NCBI GenBank assembly: GCA_028534125.1
Contig: CM052816.1
Coordinates: forward strand, 38,752,001 to 38,816,000
DNA: 64,000 nucleotides
Direction: 5' to 3'
Source: Lama glama
Lineage: Eukaryota
Position numbers and translations under genes: made by a program. The notes beneath the pieces were generated by a model, which made no database searches, was not told the origin of the DNA, and was given only the letters and a program-made list of their open reading frames with translations. Each line of letters starts with the position of its first letter. Positions within the stretch are counted from its first letter, which is position 1. Positions 15,301 to 26,358 of the stretch are shown here, piece by piece.

Positions 15301-17194
15301 TAATTAGTAAGTAAGGGAAAGTCTTCAGCAGAAAAAAATAGTCCCTGAGATTTATTCAGTTAGCCTTCGGTGCCTATTCTTTTGCTAAGTTTTTCAAAGT
15401 GTCTAATGATATATTTAAATGCACATGTGCTTTATTTTCACTCTTTCTTCATCTTAATGGAAGTACACCTCTTTAGTAAACTTTTTATTATTTGAAATAT
15501 AATATAATGCAGACAGTATAAATAATTAGACAAAAGAGGAATAATGTGAATTGTCACATGGGACTGAGTACATGGAAATGGGTTTCTTAAGATAGATTCT
15601 GAAAGTTCCTATGCTGGTCAAGGTCAGAGTAGGAGAAAACCATAATTATAGATTTCTCAGATCTATAACTGAAAAAATTTAGAGCAGGGAGGGTTCTAAT
15701 TGTGGTTGAATAGGGCAATATTTAATTAATGCATCATTCTGCACATGGGATTAGCTAAACTTATCCTCTAATAGTAATTCTAAAACCAAAGAGGAGATGA
15801 AGCAAAGCAAAGTACACTTCTTCAGGGATTTCTGGTCTAATACTGTCATGATAACAGCACATAGAACATGACTACACCTTCTAAAGTGAGAGACACATAC
15901 CATTGCTGATATGCAAAATGGTTTTGGGTGGTGCAAGATGAAAATATCTTCTTTTTATTAGTTATTTGTTTCTGTTTTACTGTGTGTTAAGTACAACCCA
16001 CAATTTCACATATACTGTTGTCTAATATGAAGCTAAAGTTAAAAATTTAATAGATCAAAAATTATTACACAAATAATAGCACATATTCCATGAAAGCAGT
16101 AAAAATCATAAAGGTAGTATACAAATTACTGAAGTTGGGAAACAATAGAGCAAGTGGTACTCGTTCGTTCATCCAACAAATATTTATTACCTTCAGTGTT
16201 TTCCCACACACATGTAATAGGGACACAGTGAAGTGTAAGACAAATAAGATCATTGCCCTTGTGGATCTTAACATTTTGGCTCACATCTCTAGTGATTCCT
16301 CAGCAGACTGGAGTAACCGAAGGCTGCCTACACTGGGGTATTTTATTTACCTTTGCTGGACCCAAAAGTATATTTCCTCTGAAGCTCTGTTGGCTCAAGT
16401 CAAAAGCAGCCAAGGATGTGGTTAATTCCCTCTCACTAGTGGTGCTTCATAAAGAACCATGCCCTACAAATACTGAGCTCTGAGGAAGATGAGCTGATGG
16501 GTGTGCCGTCATAAATAGGAAGACCAGGGTCTAGGTGCCTCATCCACCCTGCCAAGTACCCTCCTTCTGAACACTTCCACTTCACAGTAACCCCCTGTGT
16601 ACTCACCAACCACTTTACTTCTTACAGGCAAAGTCAAACCCAAAATATAGAACACCTTTGACTCTGAGAAACCAAATGTGAACGCAGGGGAGATAAGCAA
16701 TTAAAAATGCGTAACATTGTCTTAACCCTGGTAGCCCTGGCCTGCTAATTTGACTAATTAGATTTTTATCACAAGTCATAGTTAGTGAAAGATGAAAGAA
16801 GGATATTAGGGAGTTAACACCTATAATTGATTTGGGACACAATTTGGGTAGAGCCTCTTTATACCAGGCTGAGAAAAATTAAAAAGTGATCTCTCAAGGA
16901 GTTTTCTTCCTAGAACGCTTACTGATACAGAAGAAAGGAAAAGAATCTGTGCTTAAACCAAAACAAAAAAAAAAAAAAAACTGAAAAATTAAGCCTTAAT
17001 GTGTACCAACTGGGAGAGGAGGAGAATGAGGTGGAATGAAATGAAACTGAATTCATTGCAAATTTCCTCAGGACTGCCCTAATCTAAAATCCTAAGGTTA
17101 TTAAAGATTTTCTGAATTAGGTTCCATTCTACCTATTCAGTTGTATCTCATTCAGTGGGGTTTCTGAGTCAGGTGTGTGTGTGTAAGGGGGTGG

Positions 17195-17332
17195 GAGTGT
17201 GGGTGACTGCTTATTAAAAATACATATTCCTGAGCCCCACGTCAGAATCTGAATTTCTAAAGGGGCCCAAAATCTACATTTTTAGCAAGTTGCTCAGGGA
17301 TTCTTAAGCACTCTTAAGTCTGAGAATTCTTG
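17195..17332. mobile_element. MER5-like hAT DNA transposon remnant
   Basis: cttattaaaaatacatattcctgagccccac...cagaatctgaatttct...aatctacatttttagcaagttgctcagggattct...aagtctgagaa. Confidence 0.7.
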
Positions 17333-19817
17333 TGTTAAACTGTAAACTTCTTAAAGTTTACATTATATGTACTTTTTTACATTAAGTCCAGCTCAGAACC
17401 TTGAGCCCATTGGACAGAGTGCCAAATTCTTCAGTCTGTCTCTGTGGACTGGGCTTTCTCAGTCATAATCTAACTCCTTTCACCAGGCTCATTCCATAAG
17501 GAAGTGAGAGGGAAAAAGTTCCTGACGCATGTCAGGAAGATCCTCTACCTTGAACACAGTAAAGCAATAAAAATCTTTCAAAAATTTTAAGTAAAAAAAT
17601 TCTTCACTTTCAGCCTTTTGCCATGTGAAGACAGAAGTGAAGCAGCATCTCAACACTGTTTCCTCGGGCAGTTTACTGCATCTCTTCACTTCTGACGAGA
17701 ACGAGGGAGTTGAGTAGATGATCTCGCACTTACCTCTTTTCAAAGGGTAGATACTTTTGAAAGTGTAAGGGATTTTCATTTTTAATTCATCCTTCCCTTC
17801 CTTTACTGGTATTACTTAATGGATCAAGCTTTATTCAATACTGAGCTCAATTTTCTTTTGGTTTACTAAGATAAATATTTCCTTACCCAGTTTTTAAAAC
17901 ATCAATAATACTAGTAATAATAATAATTCCACTGTGCTGTTTTCTGTCTACATCTCATTTCTGCAGAGATTGTGATTTCATTTGTATAGGGTGAGCTTCT
18001 TGCTCTCCAAAGAGTACCCTCATCCATTAGTTATGTTATGTTTGCCCAATTATGCATCAAATAGGGTGATGGCATTCTGACAAAGCTTATCCTTAAAGAC
18101 AATTATTTTAATATTGGGGCTTTTTAAAAAAAATCTCTTCTTCTGAACTCAAGACCTTAACAGCTTTATGCTCCAATGATCACCAAGAGTCTCTTTTGCA
18201 GACAGACATGAATATTCCCTGTGAGCTTCAACAACCTACTCAATGTATGGTGCTTGGGGAAAGGCAAAATTGGTTTCACTGGATATAAGATTTGGCTATT
18301 TCTATTTTAAAATTTTAACCCAATAAGTTCTAGTATTTTATCTAATATAATATCCCAATAGATTCAAATATTCAATGTATATAAATATAGATCCAAATAC
18401 ATTTACTCCATCAACCCTTTCTGCAGTGGTAAGAAAGTAAAGGTGTGAAGAACAACTATCACTCAACAATAGCACTGAGAGACACCCATAAATGATCTTA
18501 GCTAAAACTGTTTAGTTTCAAGACACTAGGAAACCATAGTATTTATTAAGAATTACTGGCCAACAACGAAGTTTATAAAATTTCATTTTTGCAGACCCAT
18601 AGAAATTGACTGCAAGTCTGAATTTGTTTATAGGCATTATTGAAGCAGCTGTTTTCCAATATTATTCTTTTTATGCTCACACATAATTTTTAAAAATTTA
18701 AGGACAAAAGAATATAGTTTAAAATCCATGCTGTTCAAAATCAACAATGACAGTAGAAGACAAGTTTGCATACTTCCAACATACTTGCAAAAGTAAATGC
18801 AAATTTTGGAATCTTCTTTTCTGTAAGTATTTTTAACATGAACTTCTCATAATTTGTTTTATATATATAAATTTCCTTTAAATACTTAGTACAGATAACA
18901 TAGGCTTTCTGTTAAAATCAAGAAAATGAAGTTATAAGAAATACACTAAGATTTCTTTCAAATTCTACAGACAACTGGTGCCAATGGGCATTAAAAAGAA
19001 TATTAGATGATATGCGCCACTGGAAGTTAAGACTTTAACCCCCTGAATTTATTTCATTGTCTCCTAGAATTTTAATAGTGATCATAATCTACCTTTTTAT
19101 GAATCTTTCTCTTCTTACTGGCAATAGAACATTCCCTTTGTATGTTACAAGGAAAACGTTTCAGCTTTAGTAATGTAATAGAGAATTTTTAAGTAATTTG
19201 CCAAAAAAAATGGCACCAGTAAAAAATTTTTTAACAATACCTTTTAAAAAAATCTTTACTGTCTTAAAAGTTTTCTCAGAATAATGGTCTCACTGTGTAA
19301 TTCTGCAGTAGAAAGATACTGTTCGTATTTCCTGTTCACATTTTTCCTCATTCTTTTGTGAATTACAGTAATGAGTCAAAGCCCAGTTAAAAAAAGACCT
19401 ACAAAATCCAATATAAAGGTCTCAAATGTGATAGGATTCAGTTGATATATAATAGCAATCACGGTAACTTTCCTGAGCTTTATTGCAATTTTGCACAGAA
19501 CAAATAAACATTTATGAAAAATATAAGCCCTGGAAATCTGCAGTGGAATGAAAACCTTAATGTAAATCCAGGGTCTAGTGGTGATATATTTTATTTGTGG
19601 GTAAAATTATACTTCATATTTATGTGTAAAAAAAATACTAAACTGCTTAGAATTTTTTCAAAGTAGAATGAGAGGCCATTAGAGTGTTTTAAACAAGGGG
19701 GATAACATGATTTAATTTATATATTTTTAAAATCAGGCTGCTATGTAAATAATCAAAGAATATAAATAGAGGAGGAAGAAAGGCAATTAGGAAGCTATTG
19801 CAATTGTCCATATTTTT

Positions 19818-19945
19818 AAAATATATATCTCTTTATATACATTTATAACATATATTATATACACATTTAAAATCTGGAATATATATATATGCACACACAT
19901 ATACATATAAAATAGAATATATATGTGTATACCTATATATAAAAT
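19818..19945. repeat. Degenerate (TA)n-rich low-complexity tract
   Basis: Runs of atatatat/acatatat visible directly. Confidence 0.8.
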
Positions 19946-20904
19946 AGAACTTTTATTAACTATCAACAAATTAATACAGAGTAAAAGGAAAGAATACATT
20001 TAGAAATAGAAGAGGGCCCATTATTAACAACATAATTAGATACAGATTGGGGCTGCCCATCAATTCACTCCTTCTTGCATGTTTATTAGGTACTGATTAT
20101 GTGCCAAACACTGAGCTAGATACTAGGCATGTATTAACAGTTCTTTCAATTTCCTGAAACAAAGTTGTTGTGCCATTTCAGAGCTGAAGTACAAACTGAT
20201 TATAAAATTTGCTCTTTATGATCAGAAATAATTCCAGGACATCTACACCATATGTCACTCAAAGAAAGAGTCTGCCAAATTCCCAAAAGCCTAGGTTCTA
20301 GTCATGAACTTGCCGTTATTATCGTGATACAAGAAGCAAGAACTCTCTGGGTATCAGTTTTTCTCCTATAAAATGAGAACTTTGGATGAGGTAATCTTGA
20401 AAACTTCTTTTAGATATTCTAGCTCAAAAAGAGTTTATGGTTTGATCAGCTTTGTCTAAGCACTCCTGTGATAGTCTCCCAATGTCAGGCATTGCTCAAG
20501 TCTAATTACATGTATATTCTAATAGATGTGTACATACACTCTAATAGAAGGTAAAGAATAATAGACGCCATTTACCGGAAGCATGTGTGAAATACTTTCA
20601 GTTGTGTTTCTTCAGGACAACTCTGCAAGGTGAAATTTGTTATCATTTTCGTCTTAGACTTGAGGGAAACTCAGCCTCATGGAAATTACATAACCTGCCA
20701 AGCACACAGCGGAGCCAGACCACATCCCAGATCTTCCACTAAACACAGTGCAGCAGGCTGCATCCTGCTGTTCAAACTACAGGGGATCATAGAGTAAATG
20801 TCAATACCCTAGTCAAGTGCTTTTGAAGCATTTTTTTTTAATTAGAAAATCCAATGTGTGTAAGACAGGGGTTAAAAAAAAGGCAGATATTAATTACGTG
20901 TTTG

Positions 20905-20990
20905 TAATCCTCTCCCCAATCCCATCTCCACATTGGCCTTCTGAGAAGAAAGGATTATTACTTGCTTAGTCAGCCAGAGAAACTTAATTG
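20905..20990 (+). promoter_or_regulatory. Putative photoreceptor-type proximal promoter of PDZPH1 (CRX/OTX2, NRL/Maf and RAX-like sites)
   Basis: TAATCC at 20905-20910, GGATTA at 20952-20957, MARE/NRE-like TGCTTAGTCAGCC at 20963-20975, CTTAATTG at 20983-20990. Lies directly upstream of the exon-like segments. Motif-based only. Confidence 0.5.
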
Positions 20991-21021
20991 TGCCTATTGG
21001 GGGAGAGAATAGAAAGGATAA

Positions 21022-21250
21022 TTGGAAGACAGAAAACGAGCGTCAATTGCTCTATGTAAGAAAGGTAGCCTAAGGAAAAAGAATCTTCATAATGTGGTAA
21101 GACTTCAAGAGTTTCTGGAAGAAAAAGGATTTGAAATCAATACATATTGTGATGTAGTGGATTTTCAGGAGAGAGATGAGTTAAGAGGAATTTAAATAAA
21201 TTTTTTGCCAAAACTGGCCACAGAGCAGCCAGATTTTATACGAGTTACAG
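21022..21250 (+). other. Putative PDZPH1 upstream exon A (5' UTR / decayed coding exon); true 5' boundary unknown
   Basis: 57 open codons from TTG at 21022 (LEDRKRASIALCKKGSLRKKNLHNVVRLQEFLEEKGFEINTYCDVVDFQERDELRGI), TAA at 21193, then INFLPKLATEQPDFIRVT. Donor CAG|GTAAAA at 21250/21251, phase 1. Confidence 0.4.
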
Positions 21251-21364
21251 GTAAAACAGATAAAAGTTGAGCTTCTCTGCTGAGGTGTCCAAAAGCACAG
21301 CTGCCCAAATACACTGAAAACAAACTGCTTCAGTGGGAAGCTGTTTCTCTTTGCATCTTTGCAG

Positions 21365-21534
21365 ACAGTTTAATCCTCTGAAAGTAAAGCAATCGAATCC
21401 AGCTTAGCTCCAGGCTGGTGCCTGCTTGAGGTGGTACCTGGAAAGTTAGCAGGCTGCCATTTGCCCAGATATCTCCCCAATACTTTCTATTAAATACATC
21501 GCCAGGTAAAATAATCCTTTATTTCATAATCAAG
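21365..21534 (+). other. Putative PDZPH1 upstream exon B (5' UTR / decayed coding exon)
   Basis: Strong acceptor ctgtttctctttgcatctttgcAG ending at 21364. Donor AAG|GTAAAT at 21534, with an alternative CAG|GTAAAA at 21505. 170 nt, phase 1-0. Confidence 0.35.
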
Positions 21535-22642
21535 GTAAATAATAAATTTGATCTTCAAATAATTGATTCTTCTACAAAGACTGTATAGAGTATATTAAAT
21601 CTTATAATATTTACATATAGTGTATATAATGAAAATGTAATAAAAGGCAAACCATCTCTCTACCCCACTTAATTTAGCAGGACCATAAATTTGATGATAT
21701 TGAATTAGGGTCAACTTTACCAAAATAATTAGGTATTTCTATTAGGCTAAGAAAAATTGGTATATAAAAATGATCAATTAAACAGAACATGACTTTATAA
21801 CTTGCATCCTAAATGTCTATACATTTGAAAAGAATATACATTTGAATGTTCACACAGTATATAACAATGCACCAAATAGTTTCCTGTGTGCACCAAACAA
21901 TGCACACAGGAAAGGAGAATATGATTATGATAATAAAATGTATTCAAAGTAGAATACTATGGGATACCAGAGAATGATACCATGCTATCAAGTTGGCCAA
22001 TGAGTTGAGTTAGTCAATAATTTTACTAAACCTAAATTCTGAGTGGAAAATAATTTCAAATTTGATGCTTTCAAAGGACAGTGAAAGCTGAAGACCCTCT
22101 GCTCCCCCAAATGAGGAGGAAAAGAAGAAAAGTCTATAAAAAATGGAAAATCTTGAATTCCACAGAATGTAAGTCCAATTTATTGGTTTTACAAGTACAT
22201 GTAAAATGAACTACTCAGCTTATGTATCTTGTCCTTTATCACAGGGATATCTGTGAAAGAAGGAAGATAAATGCATATAAATGTTATAAAATGATTTAGA
22301 AATTTGTTCAATTGTTATTATGTACACACTTCTGCATTATTAATTATGTGAACTGTGAATAGTAAAAATCTAAATAAAAATATTTACATAATCAAAGGTT
22401 ATTAAAACCCATAGTCTTAGAATCTGTTATCAATGCATCAATATATAACTGTCTCAATTCTATCTTCCTGCTTGCAGAAATTGAAAAGTAGTCAGTTGAA
22501 AGAGGCTATAAGCTGTAAAATTACAAAATTGAAAATGGCTATAAACTGAAATGTTCTTGGCATGAGGGTGTTATTTTAAGAATAAGTTGTAATCTACAAT
22601 TCTGGAAGGCAGGCTATCAGTCTATATATTGCTGTTGTGTAC

Positions 22643-22673
22643 ATGCTGTATCAAACAGGAAAGGAGAACATAA
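22643..22673 (+). CDS. PDZPH1: PDZPH1 putative start-codon exon, coding part (exon likely begins at 22478)
   Basis: Acceptor tatcttcctgcttgcAG ending at 22477. ATG at 22643 gives MLYQTGKENI, then A|GTATGT, a phase-1 donor that joins in frame to the giant exon (A+GT=Ser). In-frame stop upstream at 22583. Kozak context is weak. Confidence 0.5.
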
Positions 22674-24117
22674 GTATGTAAATGGGCTTTAGGGAACTAT
22701 GTCTCCACGTCCTTTCTCCCATGAGTTCCACTTTACAGCTCTCAGGTTGTTACCAGGCCCGCTGGAAACTGTGTCAGTACTTGCTGTGAGAAAAGCCATT
22801 TTCTCAGACTCAAAGAGAGACAATTGGGAATAATTAGTCTCTCCAAAGAACTTCAGTATGCTTGAGAACCTGTATGTCAAATCAGAAGTCTGTATACCTC
22901 CCCTGAAGTTCAAAAGTAGTAATTCCTAAACGTATGATTCTTTATTTGATTCTGAAACAGCAAATATATTTCTGTACTCCATACTTCTATGCCACCTCTA
23001 GCCAAGTTTTGGTGAGATATTTTTCTTTTTCTGATTGAATAGAATTTATTTCTTCACTCTTTTAAGTATTTGTGTAAGTATTTTATATTAAGAATATATG
23101 AATATATAAATCATATCCAATTAAGAATATTTAAAATAATTATAAGTAATCCTTTTTCAACTTTAGCTTAATCAATTTATTAAAAATATCCATGTGGACA
23201 TCTGGTGTATAACTTCATAATTTATTTGTTGCCCATTCTTCCTTCTTTTCCTTTTGAAATACTCTCTTTCAGACATAGTTTAAAACATAATTTGAAATCT
23301 TTGTATTTTGTCCACTGTTTTTCACACAAGATCTGGTACCTTATACTCAGGTTCACAAATTTCTAAAGCAAAATATTCTAATATATAAAGCAGAGGAGTA
23401 AAGGTTACACGCTGCCATTCTTGGGTCAAAGCTAGTTTCTAAATGTATTGGCCTCTATCTATAGAGGGTTTTTGAAAATGTGAGCCAATCTCTAGAAACT
23501 AGGAAATTTTACGATATAGTAAATCCAGAGCATAGTTTTCTCCTGAAAAATGAGAGGATCTGGCAATGTTAGGACACCTTTTCTGTCCTATAAAAAGCTC
23601 CTGCCCCAAGCAAAGGAAACTACTGGGCCTGTTTAAAGGGCTGTCTAGAAGTTATTCTCAGGTCTCTTCCATCCTCTTTGGCAACATCTTTATTAGTTGT
23701 ACCATCTCAAATTAGATCAAGCTTGATTTAACCAATAGCCTTATAATGCCATGCTCAAATACCTGATCATGGCAACTTGCTCTTTATCAAGAAGTCTCTT
23801 AAAATGTATTCGTATAAATTCACTCTGAAATTTCTATTTCACTCATTTTGGAAGTCTCTGTTTTAGAGTAAAACTTAATTAGGTTCTTACTTCCTAAAAC
23901 TACCAGGTGATATTCTGCATTCTAAGATAATTGATTTAAAATAAGATGCTAGAAATAGATTTTTTGTGGAAAATACCTTGCCATACTGGAAATGAACAAA
24001 AAACGTTACTCAAATTACTTAAAAAGGATATGCATTGAATTTCATCCTAGAATTTGGAACACCTGCTGTCTAAATGGACACAGAAAGCTTTTTTTTTTTT
24101 TTTCGCTCCTTCTTTAG

Positions 24118-26358
24118 GTGAACCTCAGCCTGCTAAGGAGAATGGAGATAATAAGCATACAACTCCTTCTGTGACAAAGCAGAAGTCCCCTTTTCTCCCT
24201 GAAGATAAGAAACAACCTCCATCTGACAGCAAAACAAGTAGGGAGAGGGAAAATGATGATCCTCCTTCGTCCATTTCTCATCAGCCAGTGAAAGTCTTAC
24301 CAGCTGTCATGTTTAATGACTGTGAAGAATCATTATCAGGAAAGATTACACTTCAGGATTTCCCAGACACATTAGACTTTAAACCAGCAAAAGGCAAAAT
24401 TATTTCAGAAGTGAAATGTGGAGCTTTCAACGTACAAGTAGAAATCAAGAACAGACTTTTCTATAAAACAGGAACACAGATCCCCACAAAAAAGAGATGT
24501 TCAAAATGTCACCAGTATTACTCTGTCAGACACATTCAGAGATGCTACACTTCTAGAAGTCACTCTTCTAAATCCAAGAATATATCAGTAGAAGAACTAA
24601 AACGTGAGACGCCATCTAAATCTGAAGGCAAAATTGCCAAAGTGGAGAGCCCTTCACTGAAAGTGAGCATTATAGGGAAAGGAATTAAAGTCAAATACAT
24701 GAGTAAGAAACAGAATGTATTAATAAATATAACTCATCCTAAAAGAAGTGGGAAAATAGCTAAGTACAGAAACATTTCCTCCAATCAAACTACTAAAGGA
24801 TGTCCCAAGTCATCGTCAGAGTCTGATACCAGGTGCTCTGAAAAGCAGCAGCTTGAAAACAAGCATCAGAGTTCAGATTGTCTGCATGTCTCTCCTATTG
24901 TGTCTTCTGCCCAGAAGGAGGAGAATTTTGATACAGTTGTGGCTTCTCTGTGTTCACCCCCTGAGAGGGAGAAGAATAAGCCTGACACACTATCTTCAGT
25001 CTTAGATGACTGTGAGGTAGAAGCTGCCCTATTTCAGCAGAAGGACTTTATAATTAGTAAGAATACCCCCCGAAAGAAACACTTCTCTGAGGCTGAGACT
25101 CTTCTCAAAAACATTCTTCCTACTTTGCGTGATACGCTGAAGACCACAAGTTTAAGTGATACAGACCTAAGTAAAATGCCTTTTGAGGATACCAAAGATG
25201 TGGCTAGAGAAAGAAAAATCATCTTTGATAAGCCAGAAAATATCACATCAGACTCATATATACAGCACAGCACAGAAGGAATAAATTATATGCCAAGTAC
25301 CACTGCTGACATCTTTCTAGTTCAAGATGGCCAAGACTCTGACTTTTGTTCTTCATCATCTCTGAGCATGCAACTCGAAGGAGAAAGGGCAGCCAACATT
25401 TATTGCAGAGGCAGCAAAATTCCACTTGCAGATTGCTACAAGAAGTCAAATTCTTTATCTTTCCCTTCCATTCAAAATGCTCTGAAGTCTTCCATCTCTT
25501 TCGGCCCATCACACTGGGCCACCAGACACTCAGAACCTAAAGAAACCCCTGAGGATACATTTTCCTTTGATCACTGTGCTGTATTTTTGAAAGACTGTGA
25601 GGAAGAGCATGTTAATGTGATTGATAGAAACTTTACCAAAACCACTTTGCAAAGTGACTCTCATTCAAAAGCACAGCAACTGTTGGAAATGAGGAGTCCA
25701 CAGCATCCAGCTCTCAGCCCTGCATCCTCCAACAGCCTCTCTGCTGGCAGCCCACTTAACAGTAGTAGCCACAGCACAATAGAATGGGATCACACGGAGT
25801 CCCAGGCAAGTCATCCAGAGACAGAAGTCTCCAGCAAAACAAAAGCACCAGTAATGACCTTAGTAACTGGCGAGTTAGACCAAAGATTAATTATTCAGAA
25901 TGATAAAGAAGGCACAGTGTATTCTAATCATCCCATGGGAATTACAACCCCTAACGAGTCACCCAGCTCTCTGGGAAATGTTGAGAAAGACACATTTCAG
26001 ATAATTACGTCTGTGGTAAAGAATGCATACCACAGAGATTTTGAAGACCTATCAAAAGAGAATCAGGAGGAAGTCTGTTTTCAAATGGATTTTCCTAACA
26101 GTGCTGAGTTCAACTGTGCAGTGTGTGCTACAGATAATCTGTTTCTCATTGAGAAAACACTGACCAATGATGCAGATCAACATGGTAACCAAGATGAAAA
26201 CAACTTTGGACTAACCAGTTTTAAACAGGAACCAGCAGAGTGCCAAAGGACTGAATCAACAAAGCCATATTCTGAAGGAGATAAAAATGACCCAAAGGAA
26301 ACTTACTATCACCAAATAGACATAATGCTCTCCCCTCAGAAGCAGAAAGCTTTGAAAG
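24118..26358 (+). CDS. PDZPH1: PDZPH1 giant coding exon (2241 nt; Ser/Glu/Lys-rich, probably largely disordered)
   Basis: Lies inside the 814-codon ORF 24054-26498. Poly-T tract plus tctttAG acceptor at 24116-24117, donor AAG|GTACAG at 26358/26359. Phase 1-1 and in frame with the downstream PDZ exons. Named from the PDZ domain plus adjacency to NUDT12. Confidence 0.88.
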
